The notes beneath the pieces are model-generated. The model searched no databases and was not told the DNA's origin. It worked only from the letters and a program-made list of their open reading frames with translations. A stretch of DNA of 64,000 bases, from contig JBGTHM010000034.1 in assembly GCA_041746255.1 (NCBI GenBank), positions 1 through 64,000 on the forward strand. Direction: 5' to 3'. The position numbers and the translations under genes were made by a program. The stretch's first letter is position 1; each line of letters starts with the position of its first letter. Shown one piece after another: positions 45,566-54,692 of the stretch. Source of the stretch: Fibrobacteria bacterium (GTDB lineage: Bacteria; Fibrobacterota; Fibrobacteria; UBA11236).

Positions 45566-46711
45566 TCAGAAATTAAAAAGCAGCCTGCCTTCGATAACAT
45601 CGGCGTAAAAATCCAGAGTATTGAAATACCGGAAGTACTTCAAAGAAAGCGAGCAACCGAGGAGAAAATCCAGGGAAGGTCGGGTTTCGGCCATGCCCTT
45701 GAACAAATAGGTCAGCCCCAGTCCGGCATTGTTCGAATCGAAATCGCGCAACTTGTAGTCCCCGGTTAAATAGGGCATGCTATTTTCCGAAGAATAATTT
45801 TCCCGCCAGAAATTCGCCGCCCCTTGCCGGTAGAAACGGTATTCGGGGCTGATAATCCAGTTGGGGGTCACATATTTGTTACCCCTCAATCCGAAGGTAT
45901 GCGAATCGATGCTCCAATCGTCCCAGTAATAGCGATAGTGGAGCAGCACGCTTGCGTCCAAATCGGCGAAAGAATAGGCGTAATCACCCCAGGCGGCATG
46001 CCGAAAGCGAATCTTGGGATGGGCTTCCCGCGTTTCCTCGTAAATTGGCATCGCCGCGCCCGGAGCGGTATTCACACGTAGGTGGCGATAGGGATCGCTG
46101 TTGAATCCGTTTTGGCGCATGCCGTCATACCCCAACCGAATCCAACTGACGGGGGAGAGTAATTGCGTCAAGGCCACTCCCGCCTGATGCACTTCTTTGA
46201 ACCGGTAGACAAGGTTTCCCACGCGCGGTATCTCTCCCACGGAGTCGAGGCTGTATTGTCCTTTGAGGAAAAAGGTGGTGTTTTTCTTGAAAAGCTCCTG
46301 GGTGAAAGACCCAATCAAAGAACGCGAGAGATAGTCCGCCTCCTCGCTGTGGTAGACGCTGGCGGCTACGCGGGTATCGGATCCCAGGCCCTGTTCCACC
46401 CCGAGAATCACCTGCCCCCGGTTTTTACGATAGACTTGACCTTCCTGCCTTTGCGGGCGTGAGGCTCCGCTTACGCCATCCAGAATGGGAGGAAGCGAGA
46501 TTTGATCCAGCTCAACGTCCATGAGAACCAGGGTGCTGCGCCAAACCGTTTTGGAAATGGAAATGGAGGAGGTGAAAACCGAGTTTTGGGAATTATCACC
46601 GAAATAATAAGTGGTATAGGAAAGTTCGTCGGCCGCAAGCGGATGCCCTGCAAAAGCCACGGCGAGGAAAAAGCGAAGCGGAGAAAAAAGTGAGGAAAGG
46701 TTTCGAATCAT
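45566..46711 (-). CDS. DUF3570 family outer-membrane beta-barrel
   Basis: Signal peptide, DGVSGAS, SEEADYLSR, GFNSDPY, YRYYWDDW, YRFYRQGAANF and DYKL, with a terminal Phe; ATGA overlap with the upstream gene. Confidence 0.75.
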   Translation of the reverse strand: MIRNLSSLFSPLRFFLAVAFAGHPLAADELSYTTYYFGDNSQNSVFTSSISISKTVWRSTLVLMDVELDQISLPPILDGVSGASRPQRQEGQVYRKNRGQVILGVEQGLGSDTRVAASVYHSEEADYLSRSLIGSFTQELFKKNTTFFLKGQYSLDSVGEIPRVGNLVYRFKEVHQAGVALTQLLSPVSWIRLGYDGMRQNGFNSDPYRHLRVNTAPGAAMPIYEETREAHPKIRFRHAAWGDYAYSFADLDASVLLHYRYYWDDWSIDSHTFGLRGNKYVTPNWIISPEYRFYRQGAANFWRENYSSENSMPYLTGDYKLRDFDSNNAGLGLTYLFKGMAETRPSLDFLLGCSLSLKYFRYFNTLDFYADVIEGRLLFNF

Positions 46712-46959
46712 TTGGCGCAGCCGCAGCCGCCTCCCACACCCTTGCCGCCCCCGAAGCTGCCCTCGCGCGTGGAAAAGAATTTGGCTTCGAGGGATTGCTT
46801 CGCGATGGAATTGCCCGAATCCATGATGGGATCGGAAAGCTTTTCCCTTTGATAAGGCTCCACCACGGCGCATCCGGAAAGTTGGATCCATAAAAAGGCC
46901 GCCCCGGCGGCGGTGGCGACGGCGGAGAAGCGGCGTGCGAGAATCCGCCACTTACTCAA
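46708..46959 (-). CDS. DUF4266 family small lipoprotein
   Basis: Lipobox LSGC, VEPYQREKLSDPIM and C-terminal REGSFGGGKGVGGGCGC. The TTG start is inferred. Confidence 0.8.
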   Translation of the reverse strand: MSKWRILARRFSAVATAAGAAFLWIQLSGCAVVEPYQREKLSDPIMDSGNSIAKQSLEAKFFSTREGSFGGGKGVGGGCGCAK

Positions 46960-47449
46960 GCATGAGTTTTTCAAGCTCCGCCTCCATTTCCTGCAAGGTG
47001 TTTTCAGTATAACCGTCGAAGCGTTTCCACAAATTTCCGGATTTATCGATGAGAAAGGCGGCGGGCATTCCCTCGATGGCATAAGCTTTGGCCGCGATTT
47101 GCTTGCCGTCGTAAAGAGGAATCATGGCTTGCGCCTTACCCTTGAGGAAGCCTCTGGCCTTGCCCTTATCGCCGTCGAGATTGACGGTGACGACGGTGGC
47201 CCCAGAGTGGCGCGCGGCCACTTTCTCCAATTCGGGCAGCGACTTGCGGCAGGGAGCGCACCAGGTCGCCCAGAAGTCGATTAACACCGCGCGGCCCTTG
47301 AAATCGTGCGGGCCAAATAAAGAGTCGTTGTATAGATGCGGCAGGTCGAAGGCCGGGGCTGGTTGAAGTTGGGATGCATGAATGGAAATGGCCGCCGGCA
47401 AGAGTAGCAGGCAGGTTAACAACCCCGAAGCGATACCGATAATTTTCAC
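46952..47449 (-). CDS. TlpA/ResA-like thioredoxin-fold disulfide reductase, secreted
   Basis: IDFWATWCAPCRKSLP and GMPAAFLID; the GTG start overlaps the upstream TGA. Confidence 0.88.
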   Translation of the reverse strand: MKIIGIASGLLTCLLLLPAAISIHASQLQPAPAFDLPHLYNDSLFGPHDFKGRAVLIDFWATWCAPCRKSLPELEKVAARHSGATVVTVNLDGDKGKARGFLKGKAQAMIPLYDGKQIAAKAYAIEGMPAAFLIDKSGNLWKRFDGYTENTLQEMEAELEKLMLE

Positions 47450-49671
47450 TGCGCCGCCATATTCACGCTGTTGGAGAATTGCACGCCCATGTCCAGCCAT
47501 TCGATTAGAAGCAATAAATCGGCGTTGGCGGGAAGAAAAGGATTGATCACGCCATGGCCGTCTTTTTCCCAATGGGTGGAATGATCATGGGAGGTCTTGC
47601 GGTAATCCGAAGTTGCGCCATTCAATTGTTTATTGAAGAGCACCCACATCAAGGGGCTGCGGCGCGCGCCATTTTGGGTGGCGTAAGGAAGGGTCTTGTT
47701 ATCGGCCAACTTATAGCCACTATCACGGGTGAGACGGTTGTACACGGTGGAGATGCCTTCCCTTTCATAAAGGGAGTCGGAGCGAACCTCCTGCAAAACC
47801 AGGCCTCCGCCGGCGGAAGCGGCGGTTCCGGAGCCATGGCAGCTGATACAGCGCGCGTCCAATACCGCTTGCAGGGTGTTGGGGCGCGTGGGTTGCTTGA
47901 AATCGAAGAAGTCGACGGTGTCAAGCCGAACGGAACCATGGGCCGTTACCGACTGGGCATTGTGGAAGCCGGAGATATAAGCCTTGATGTTGGCGAGCGA
48001 CACTTCCGTGGCCATATCTATTCTCCAACCCACGCGATTATCGTCGAGGATGGCGATTCTCTCGATATCGCGGTCTCGGTCGCGGGGGCCGTGGCATCCG
48101 GTGCATAAGCGTCTTTCGCCGGGCATGACTTGAATCCATTGCAATTGGTTGACCAACATCAGGCCGGATTCGTTCAGGGTTTGCAAATGCAGGGCGGTTT
48201 TGGCGGGCACTTCGATGGAAAAGGACCCGTCTTCGCGCACGTCGGCATAGCCGATAACCCTTTGCTTTTCGAAATTGGTGCGCCCCAGGTTGCCGCCGCG
48301 TTTGTTGCGGTCGACGGGCAGGGGAATGGCTTCCATGACGCGCACGTATTTTACTTCACCCTTGCTGCCGTCGGCGTTTATGAAATCGGGGTTGGGTTTC
48401 ATGTGGCCGTCATTGTCCATGCGGCTATAGACGTTGGCGTCGAAGAACATGCCGGTGGTTTTATTTTGCGCTATCGCTTGCGCGACTTCATTACTGTTTT
48501 GCGTCAGGGCCGGTAGTCTGCGCGGCGCCACGGGAATGGGGCTATGATCGTTGGTGGAGGCGTCGTTATAAACCAAAGTGAGATTTTTTCCATCTTTGTC
48601 CATGACGTAGAGGCCGTAGTCGACACCACTGGACATATCCCGGCCTACGGCATGGGGCGACATGGCAACCAGAATCCGCTCCTTGCCGCCATCTTGGATG
48701 GGGTGTGGGGTTTTGAAAATCGCATTGGCGGTGTCGCGCGTATTGTTGAAGGGAACGTCATTCGGGGTAATGAACACCGGGTCTTCCGTGAAGCGGGATA
48801 AATCGATAATGACGATGGCCCCGCCTTCAAACGGGGAGTTGCGCTCCATCAAGGAGCTGACTATGCCTCCATCTGCAAGTTCACGCGCTTCCAAAAAGGT
48901 ACGGGATCCCGAGGCCCGGGGGCCATCGGCCCCGTAGGCTACGAATTGCCCCGTGCCGTCCTGATTGATGGAGAAGAGGGGGATTTTGTTGGGGTTGCCG
49001 AGATGGTCCCATCGGCTGAAAAGAATCTTTCCGCTGGAATGCAAAAAGGGATTATTGTCGTGGCTTTGATTGGTGGAAATGCGCCGGGGTTCACCCATGG
49101 TTCCGTCGGGTTTACGGTCGGCCACATGCAATTGCGGTACTTGCCGTCTTTCGTATTCGTCCACGATTTGCGCGCGAGTGGAGGAAAAGACAATACGATC
49201 GTCCGTGAGATAGGCGGGGTCGATATCGTCACCTACGGTGGGGTCGGTCAATTGCACCAGGTTCCGCGTTTCCAGGTCCATTTCATAAATACTCCAGCGC
49301 CTGCTACCCGCTTTGCGCATGCTGAACAATAGCCGTTTACCGTCGAAGGAGATTTCCGGGTCGGCCGCCGCCCCCCAATCGCGGGTGTTACTCGAACCGC
49401 CTCGCGTATAGGCGGCGGTGAGGTTTTCGACCTTGCCGTTGGGAGAAATGGGAGTAAGCAGACAAATATCGGTTCCGGGATAAAACTCATCGACATTGCT
49501 GCGCATGGCATTACTGCGATTGTTGTCGATACTGGTTTCCTTGACGAAAACCAGGCTGGTGGCTTTATGCGAAGATTTGAGGATTTCATCGGCGGGTTGC
49601 AAGCAGGCTGAAAGCAAAGCCGAGGCTAACAATGTCAGAGCCCATGTCGGTAAAGAAAGCATGTTATGCAT
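47446..49671 (-). CDS. HzsA-related lipoprotein: TolB-like beta-propeller, HZS-alpha-like middle domain and two c-type haem motifs
   Basis: Lipobox LSAC, DPEISFDGKRLLFS, DPAYL, FSRWDH, DGSFSIEVPA...LQTL...PGERRLCTGCH and CISCH. Confidence 0.78.
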   Translation of the reverse strand: MHNMLSLPTWALTLLASALLSACLQPADEILKSSHKATSLVFVKETSIDNNRSNAMRSNVDEFYPGTDICLLTPISPNGKVENLTAAYTRGGSSNTRDWGAAADPEISFDGKRLLFSMRKAGSRRWSIYEMDLETRNLVQLTDPTVGDDIDPAYLTDDRIVFSSTRAQIVDEYERRQVPQLHVADRKPDGTMGEPRRISTNQSHDNNPFLHSSGKILFSRWDHLGNPNKIPLFSINQDGTGQFVAYGADGPRASGSRTFLEARELADGGIVSSLMERNSPFEGGAIVIIDLSRFTEDPVFITPNDVPFNNTRDTANAIFKTPHPIQDGGKERILVAMSPHAVGRDMSSGVDYGLYVMDKDGKNLTLVYNDASTNDHSPIPVAPRRLPALTQNSNEVAQAIAQNKTTGMFFDANVYSRMDNDGHMKPNPDFINADGSKGEVKYVRVMEAIPLPVDRNKRGGNLGRTNFEKQRVIGYADVREDGSFSIEVPAKTALHLQTLNESGLMLVNQLQWIQVMPGERRLCTGCHGPRDRDRDIERIAILDDNRVGWRIDMATEVSLANIKAYISGFHNAQSVTAHGSVRLDTVDFFDFKQPTRPNTLQAVLDARCISCHGSGTAASAGGGLVLQEVRSDSLYEREGISTVYNRLTRDSGYKLADNKTLPYATQNGARRSPLMWVLFNKQLNGATSDYRKTSHDHSTHWEKDGHGVINPFLPANADLLLLIEWLDMGVQFSNSVNMAAQ

Positions 49672-49687
49672 GGCGGCCTCCTAGTGA

Positions 49688-50329
49688 TTAACGATACATA
49701 TGCACGCCTATCCGCACGACCAAATTATGCGTCAAGGCAGGGCGGGAGCCGATTTTCTGGGAATAAATATGATCCTGTAGCGAATAGACCAGAGCCAGTC
49801 CGCGATTTTTCGTGAAAAAGGGTAGTGGCATGCGGTTACCGAATCCCGCGACCAGTCCGACATTGGGAACCGTTCCTTGATAAATACCCACGACGCCCCC
49901 GGTAAAATGGGGGATGAGAGATACCGCCCTTCCCTTGGCTTTATACCAGGGACTTTCGGGAGCGTAACCCACCAGAGCTTCGACGGAAATAAGAAGATTA
50001 TTTTCGAAAACGGCGGCGCGAAACAGGCTTCGCGAATAGGAGGACTGTACCGTTCCCGCACCGGCTCCCAACTGGAAGAAATAGTTTGCCTCGGCAATGT
50101 AGCGGTCATAGTAAACGGATCCGAAGGGATTGCTTCCGAGTACTTCGGCGGCATACAGCCCCACCTGGGCGCCATAAGCGCTGGTGGGAATGCCCGAAGG
50201 CTGGGGGGCCGCGTGGCTTTGTGTGAACAAGCCCACAAAAGCGAGGCCCAGAGCCCAGACGAAGTGCCGGGGGCGAATTGTTTTTTTACAGGACAAAGGA
50301 TACTCCGAGGTTGGTTTCTTGGAAGACAT
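49688..50329 (-). CDS. Outer-membrane beta-barrel-like protein (start uncertain)
   Basis: Signal-like segment ending SHA, amphipathic strands, C-terminal NLVVRIGVHMYR. Confidence 0.55.
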   Translation of the reverse strand: MSSKKPTSEYPLSCKKTIRPRHFVWALGLAFVGLFTQSHAAPQPSGIPTSAYGAQVGLYAAEVLGSNPFGSVYYDRYIAEANYFFQLGAGAGTVQSSYSRSLFRAAVFENNLLISVEALVGYAPESPWYKAKGRAVSLIPHFTGGVVGIYQGTVPNVGLVAGFGNRMPLPFFTKNRGLALVYSLQDHIYSQKIGSRPALTHNLVVRIGVHMYR

Positions 50330-50798
50330 GCAGGATATGGCTTTGATCGAGCGGATTACGATCACGCAGAAAGTATTGCCTGACCTCGAAGCGTACGGCC
50401 AGGGTAGGTGAGAGGGAATAACGTAATCCACCGCCATAATTAAGCCCGACGGTGGAGATGGACTCCGCGCTCACGGCATTGGAAGGAGCCGTGATAAACA
50501 AACCTCCGCCTAAAAGTCCGTAGGGAAGAAAAAGGCTGTTTTCCGCCAGATGGATTAGGATATTAGCGGTAAGCGGATACAACGTGGCGGTTTGACCGGG
50601 AACCATTCCGGCCGCTCCTTCCAGGCTGACGGGGCGGTAACGCATGGAGGCGCGTAAACTCAAAACCGGACTGCCGCCCATCATTCCGATACTGGGGGAA
50701 AGCTCCAACGCTGCTTGAGGATTTTTATCGTCCCGGTCGTCCTCGGCCATTCCCAAGGTGAAAAGGCCTAATATGAGAATGAGAGGGAAAACGGCCAT
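50286..50798 (-). CDS. Small outer-membrane beta-barrel protein (OmpA/OmpW-like)
   Basis: Signal peptide, PYGLLGGG, GLNYGGGLRY and AVRFEVR, terminal LGVSFVL. Confidence 0.7.
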   Translation of the reverse strand: MAVFPLILILGLFTLGMAEDDRDDKNPQAALELSPSIGMMGGSPVLSLRASMRYRPVSLEGAAGMVPGQTATLYPLTANILIHLAENSLFLPYGLLGGGLFITAPSNAVSAESISTVGLNYGGGLRYSLSPTLAVRFEVRQYFLRDRNPLDQSHILHVFQETNLGVSFVL

Positions 50799-50927
50799 GG
50801 TATGGATATAATAACACCGGTGTCAACCCCTCGACAGGTAGAGTTTACCGCGAAATTCGAGTTCGCTTGACTTGTCTTGACTTGGGCAGCTTTATTTATA
50901 AAAGATGAGGCGGAGATTTCAACTTGT

Positions 50928-52169
50928 ATGAACCGTCATAATCCCTCCCCTTATGCCGCGAATCTGGCTTGGCTCGATAGTCAGCAGCCGGTTTTGGAGG
51001 CGTTGACCTTAGCCTGGACCCGGATTCGTTCGTCTTCGTACGACACCCAAGGTTTGGCGCATTTGGCGGAAGCGGTACGAGACGAATTTTTGGTCCTGAA
51101 TCCCGACTCCGTAGAGGAAATTTCGTTGTCACCCCATGAAGTCATCGATGCCTCGGGGTCGCGCGTGCCCAAGCCGCTGGGAAAAGCCTTGCGCTTCCGC
51201 AAAAGGAGCGAAGCTCCCGTGCAGGTGTTCCTCTGTATCCATATGGACGTGGTGTATGGATCGAGCCTAGGGGAAGTGGTGATTGATCGCATCGGAAAAG
51301 ACCGCATGCGCGGATCGGGATTGTGCGATGCCAAAGGCGGCATGGCGATTTTACTCAAGGCGGTGGAAGCTTTGGAGCGCAGCCCCTTCGCGTCGGGGGT
51401 GGGATGGGAAATTCTTTTGACCCCCGACGAGGAAATCGGATCGCCGGGATCGCTACCTCTTTTACACGAGGCGGCTCGGATATACCATGCGGGTTTGCTT
51501 TACGAACCCAGTCTCCCCGACGGTTCACTGGTGGGAAAGCGGAAAGGTTCCGGTAATTTTTCCGTGGTAGTGCGCGGAAGGAGCGCCCATGCCGGACGCA
51601 ACATTCAGGATGGCCGGAACGCCATCATCGCATTGTGCGAGCTATTGCTGCGTCTGGAAAAGTGCAATGAGCCGGAGGCGGGCATATCCCTCAACGTGGG
51701 TCGCGTGGAAGGCGGAGGCCCCGTGAACCGCGTGCCCGATTTGGCTATCGGACGGTTCAACTTGCGCGTGGAAGAACCGGCGCAACAGGAGGAAGTTTTG
51801 GACCGCATCAAGGCCATGGTTTTGGAATCCGGGAAACGGGAGGGCATTACCGTGGAACTCGACGGGGCTTTTTCTTCACCGCCCAAACCTTTTCAGGACG
51901 GCACTCTCGAGCTGGCGCAACAAGTCGTCGCTTGTGGTCTCGATTTGGGATTGGAACTTCGCTTCGAAAGCAGCGGAGGGGTTTGCGACGGAAATAAATT
52001 GGCCGCGGCGGGGCTCCCGAATATCGATACTCTGGGAGCACGCGGAGGCGCATTGCACAGTCCCGACGAATATATATTTCTGGATAGCTTGGCGGAACGG
52101 GCCAAGCTATCGGCTCTTTTATTGATGAAATGGGGAGCCGGAGAAATTCGCCCGCCCCAAAAAATGTAA
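50928..52169 (+). CDS. M20/M25/M40 metallohydrolase, candidate succinylglutamate desuccinylase in place of AstE
   Basis: IHMDVV, CDAKGG, DEEIGS, AHAGR, GGVCDGN and HSPDE; first gene of the ast cluster. Confidence 0.82.
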   Translation: MNRHNPSPYAANLAWLDSQQPVLEALTLAWTRIRSSSYDTQGLAHLAEAVRDEFLVLNPDSVEEISLSPHEVIDASGSRVPKPLGKALRFRKRSEAPVQVFLCIHMDVVYGSSLGEVVIDRIGKDRMRGSGLCDAKGGMAILLKAVEALERSPFASGVGWEILLTPDEEIGSPGSLPLLHEAARIYHAGLLYEPSLPDGSLVGKRKGSGNFSVVVRGRSAHAGRNIQDGRNAIIALCELLLRLEKCNEPEAGISLNVGRVEGGGPVNRVPDLAIGRFNLRVEEPAQQEEVLDRIKAMVLESGKREGITVELDGAFSSPPKPFQDGTLELAQQVVACGLDLGLELRFESSGGVCDGNKLAAAGLPNIDTLGARGGALHSPDEYIFLDSLAERAKLSALLLMKWGAGEIRPPQKM

Positions 52170-52215
52170 GCGGTAGTAGACCCACTCGTTCGGGTTTAAC
52201 GGAAGGAAGAAAGTA

Positions 52216-53637
52216 ATGGGTGAATTGCATGCCGCGGCCTTACGGAACGATCCCCGCGTTGCGGAAGGCAAGCGTCTCTTGCTCGCCGCTTTAGCGGAGC
52301 GACAGAGTTTGTTGCAAGGCATCAAGCCGCCTCAGGATGCGTTGAAACGGGATTATGCGGAAGCCCTGAAAAGTTTTTCCGATTTACGTGGAGGCGCCAC
52401 TTTTTATCCCTATCTTGCCAGCGGCTTCGGAAGCGGCCCCTTCGTGGAATTGGGCGACGGCAGCGTCAAATACGATTTCATCACGGGAATCGGCGTGCAT
52501 TATTTCGGGCATGGCCATCCCGATTTGGTGGAGGCTTCGTTGGACGCAGCGTTGGACAGCACGCTGATGCAGGGAAATTTGCAGCAAAGCGCGCGCAGTC
52601 ACGAGCTGTTTCGTTTGCTGGTGGATGGGGCCAACCGGCATGGCGCCAAAATGCGTCATTGCTTTTTGACCAGCAGCGGGGCGATGGCCAATGAAAACGC
52701 CTTGAAATTGATCTTCCAAAAACGCCATCCCGCCGTCCGGATTCTTGCTTTCGAAGGCTGCTTCATGGGGCGCAGCCTGGCACTATCGCAAATCACCGAC
52801 AAGGCCGCCTATAGGCAAGGTCTGCCCGCCAATTTACAGGTGGATTACCTGCCCTTTTTCGATGCGAAAGATCCAAAAGGCTCCACTTCGCGCGCCTTGG
52901 CGGTGCTGGAGAAGTATCTAAAACGCTACCCCCAAAACCATGCGGCCATGTGCTTCGAGCTCGTGCAGGGAGAGGGCGGCTATTATCCCGGCCACCGGGA
53001 TTTTTTCGAGGCCTTGATGCGTCGGCTCAAGCAGGAAGGCATTTCCATCTTCGTCGATGAAATCCAGACCTTTGGCCGCATGCCAGAGCTTTTCGCCTTT
53101 CAACATTTCGGTCTTGACGAATATGTCGATGTCGTAACCCTGGGGAAAATGACACAGGCTTGCGCCACTTTGGTGCGCGAAGAATACAAGCCGGGGCCGG
53201 GTCTGATAAGCCAAACTTTTACGGCCTCGACCGGGGCTATCGCCGCCGCCTGCGTCATCGTGAAAAGCCTGATCGAAGAAGGCTACCTCGGAGAGAAGGG
53301 AAAGATACAACGGCTTCACCACCGCATGACGGATAAGCTGAAGGATATAGCGAAGCGGCATCCGGGTTTGGTCGAAGGTCCTTATGGCTTGGGCGCCATG
53401 ATAGCCTTCACGCCTCTGGGGGGCGACGCCGAAAAGGTCAAACGCTTTCTGATCTTGTTGTTCGAAAAAGGCGTCATCGCTTTTTCCGCGGGAGCCTCGC
53501 CCGCGCGCGCGCGCTTTTTGATGCCGATGGGGGCGGTGGAGGAAAAGCATATCGACGAGGTGATGGCCTTAACCGAAGCGGCTTTGCTTGCAATCGCAGA
53601 GGAAGACAAGGGCGGTAAAGGCGTGTCGTCATCATGA
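52216..53637 (+). CDS. Class III PLP aminotransferase (succinylornithine transaminase role, AstC-like)
   Basis: SGAMANENA, ELVQGEGG, DEIQTFGR and TLGK. Confidence 0.85.
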   Translation: MGELHAAALRNDPRVAEGKRLLLAALAERQSLLQGIKPPQDALKRDYAEALKSFSDLRGGATFYPYLASGFGSGPFVELGDGSVKYDFITGIGVHYFGHGHPDLVEASLDAALDSTLMQGNLQQSARSHELFRLLVDGANRHGAKMRHCFLTSSGAMANENALKLIFQKRHPAVRILAFEGCFMGRSLALSQITDKAAYRQGLPANLQVDYLPFFDAKDPKGSTSRALAVLEKYLKRYPQNHAAMCFELVQGEGGYYPGHRDFFEALMRRLKQEGISIFVDEIQTFGRMPELFAFQHFGLDEYVDVVTLGKMTQACATLVREEYKPGPGLISQTFTASTGAIAAACVIVKSLIEEGYLGEKGKIQRLHHRMTDKLKDIAKRHPGLVEGPYGLGAMIAFTPLGGDAEKVKRFLILLFEKGVIAFSAGASPARARFLMPMGAVEEKHIDEVMALTEAALLAIAEEDKGGKGVSSS

Positions 53638-54692
53638 TCATATTGCGGCCCATTCGTATCAAGGATCTGGACTCGTTGCTGGACCTGGCCTCCATGACGC
53701 GATTCGGATTGACCAGCCTTCCTCCCGACAAGGAGATTCTCAAGCGCCGGGTGCAAGAGTCGTTGCAAGGGTTTTCCAAGATGGTGGAGAAACCCGGCGG
53801 TGAAACCTATCTCTTCGTGCTGGAAGACTTGGATAAGAAAAAGGTGGTGGGCATTTCAGGGATCGTCTCGAAAGTGGGCGGATTCGAACCGTTTTATGCC
53901 TATGGCATCAAAACCGTGGTGCATGAATCCGAAACCTTGAAAATACGCAAGGAAATACGCGTACTCAAATTGGTTCGGGAACATAACGGTCCTTGCGAAA
54001 TCGGCAGTCTCTTTTTGCACCCTGATTATCGCGGGAAAAATTCCTGCGGCCGGTTGTTGTCGCTGGGCCGGTTTCTCTTCATGGCCGATAAACAGGAATT
54101 TTTCGATCCCGTCGTTATCGCCGAAATGCGCGGAGTCATCGACGATAACGGGCGCTCTCCCTTTTGGGAATGCGTGGGAAGGCATTTCTTCGATATGGAT
54201 TTTCCCAAGGCCGATTATTTGAGCATGCGGGATAAGCGCTTTATCGCCGAGCTCATGCCTGCCTATCCCATATACCTGACCTTGCTTCCTAAAAAGGCCC
54301 AGGATGTTATCGACAAAGTGCATGACCATACCCAGCCGGCCTTGAATCTCTTGCGCAGCGAAGGTTTCGAGTTCAGCGGGATGGTCGATATTTTCGAAGC
54401 GGGGCCCATCGTCACCTGCCCTCTGGAAAAAATCCGCACCGTGCGCGAAAGCGAAATAATGCCGGTGAATAAAATCGTGACGCAACGAATCGATTCCGAT
54501 CTCTTTCTTATCTCCAATACGAAGAGCGAATTCCGAGCCTGCACGGCCCCGCTGGCCATCGTTCCCGGTCTCGGCATTGAAGTGACGCGCGAGACCGCTT
54601 CAGCGCTCAAAATCAAAAAAGGCGACGCGGTGCGCATCGCTTCGTTGCGGCCGGGAGGGCTGGCGCCTTTGGCTAAAAGGAGTACGGCATGA
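53634..54692 (+). CDS. astA: Arginine N-succinyltransferase
   Basis: LTSLP, EIGSLFLHPDYR, IAEMRG, SPFW and VDIFEAGP. Confidence 0.95.
   Translation: MIILRPIRIKDLDSLLDLASMTRFGLTSLPPDKEILKRRVQESLQGFSKMVEKPGGETYLFVLEDLDKKKVVGISGIVSKVGGFEPFYAYGIKTVVHESETLKIRKEIRVLKLVREHNGPCEIGSLFLHPDYRGKNSCGRLLSLGRFLFMADKQEFFDPVVIAEMRGVIDDNGRSPFWECVGRHFFDMDFPKADYLSMRDKRFIAELMPAYPIYLTLLPKKAQDVIDKVHDHTQPALNLLRSEGFEFSGMVDIFEAGPIVTCPLEKIRTVRESEIMPVNKIVTQRIDSDLFLISNTKSEFRACTAPLAIVPGLGIEVTRETASALKIKKGDAVRIASLRPGGLAPLAKRSTA

Noticed and set aside
47446..49671. Anammox hydrazine synthase
   Set aside because: No hzsB/hzsC or hao-type genes; the context is a DUF3570/TlpA operon.
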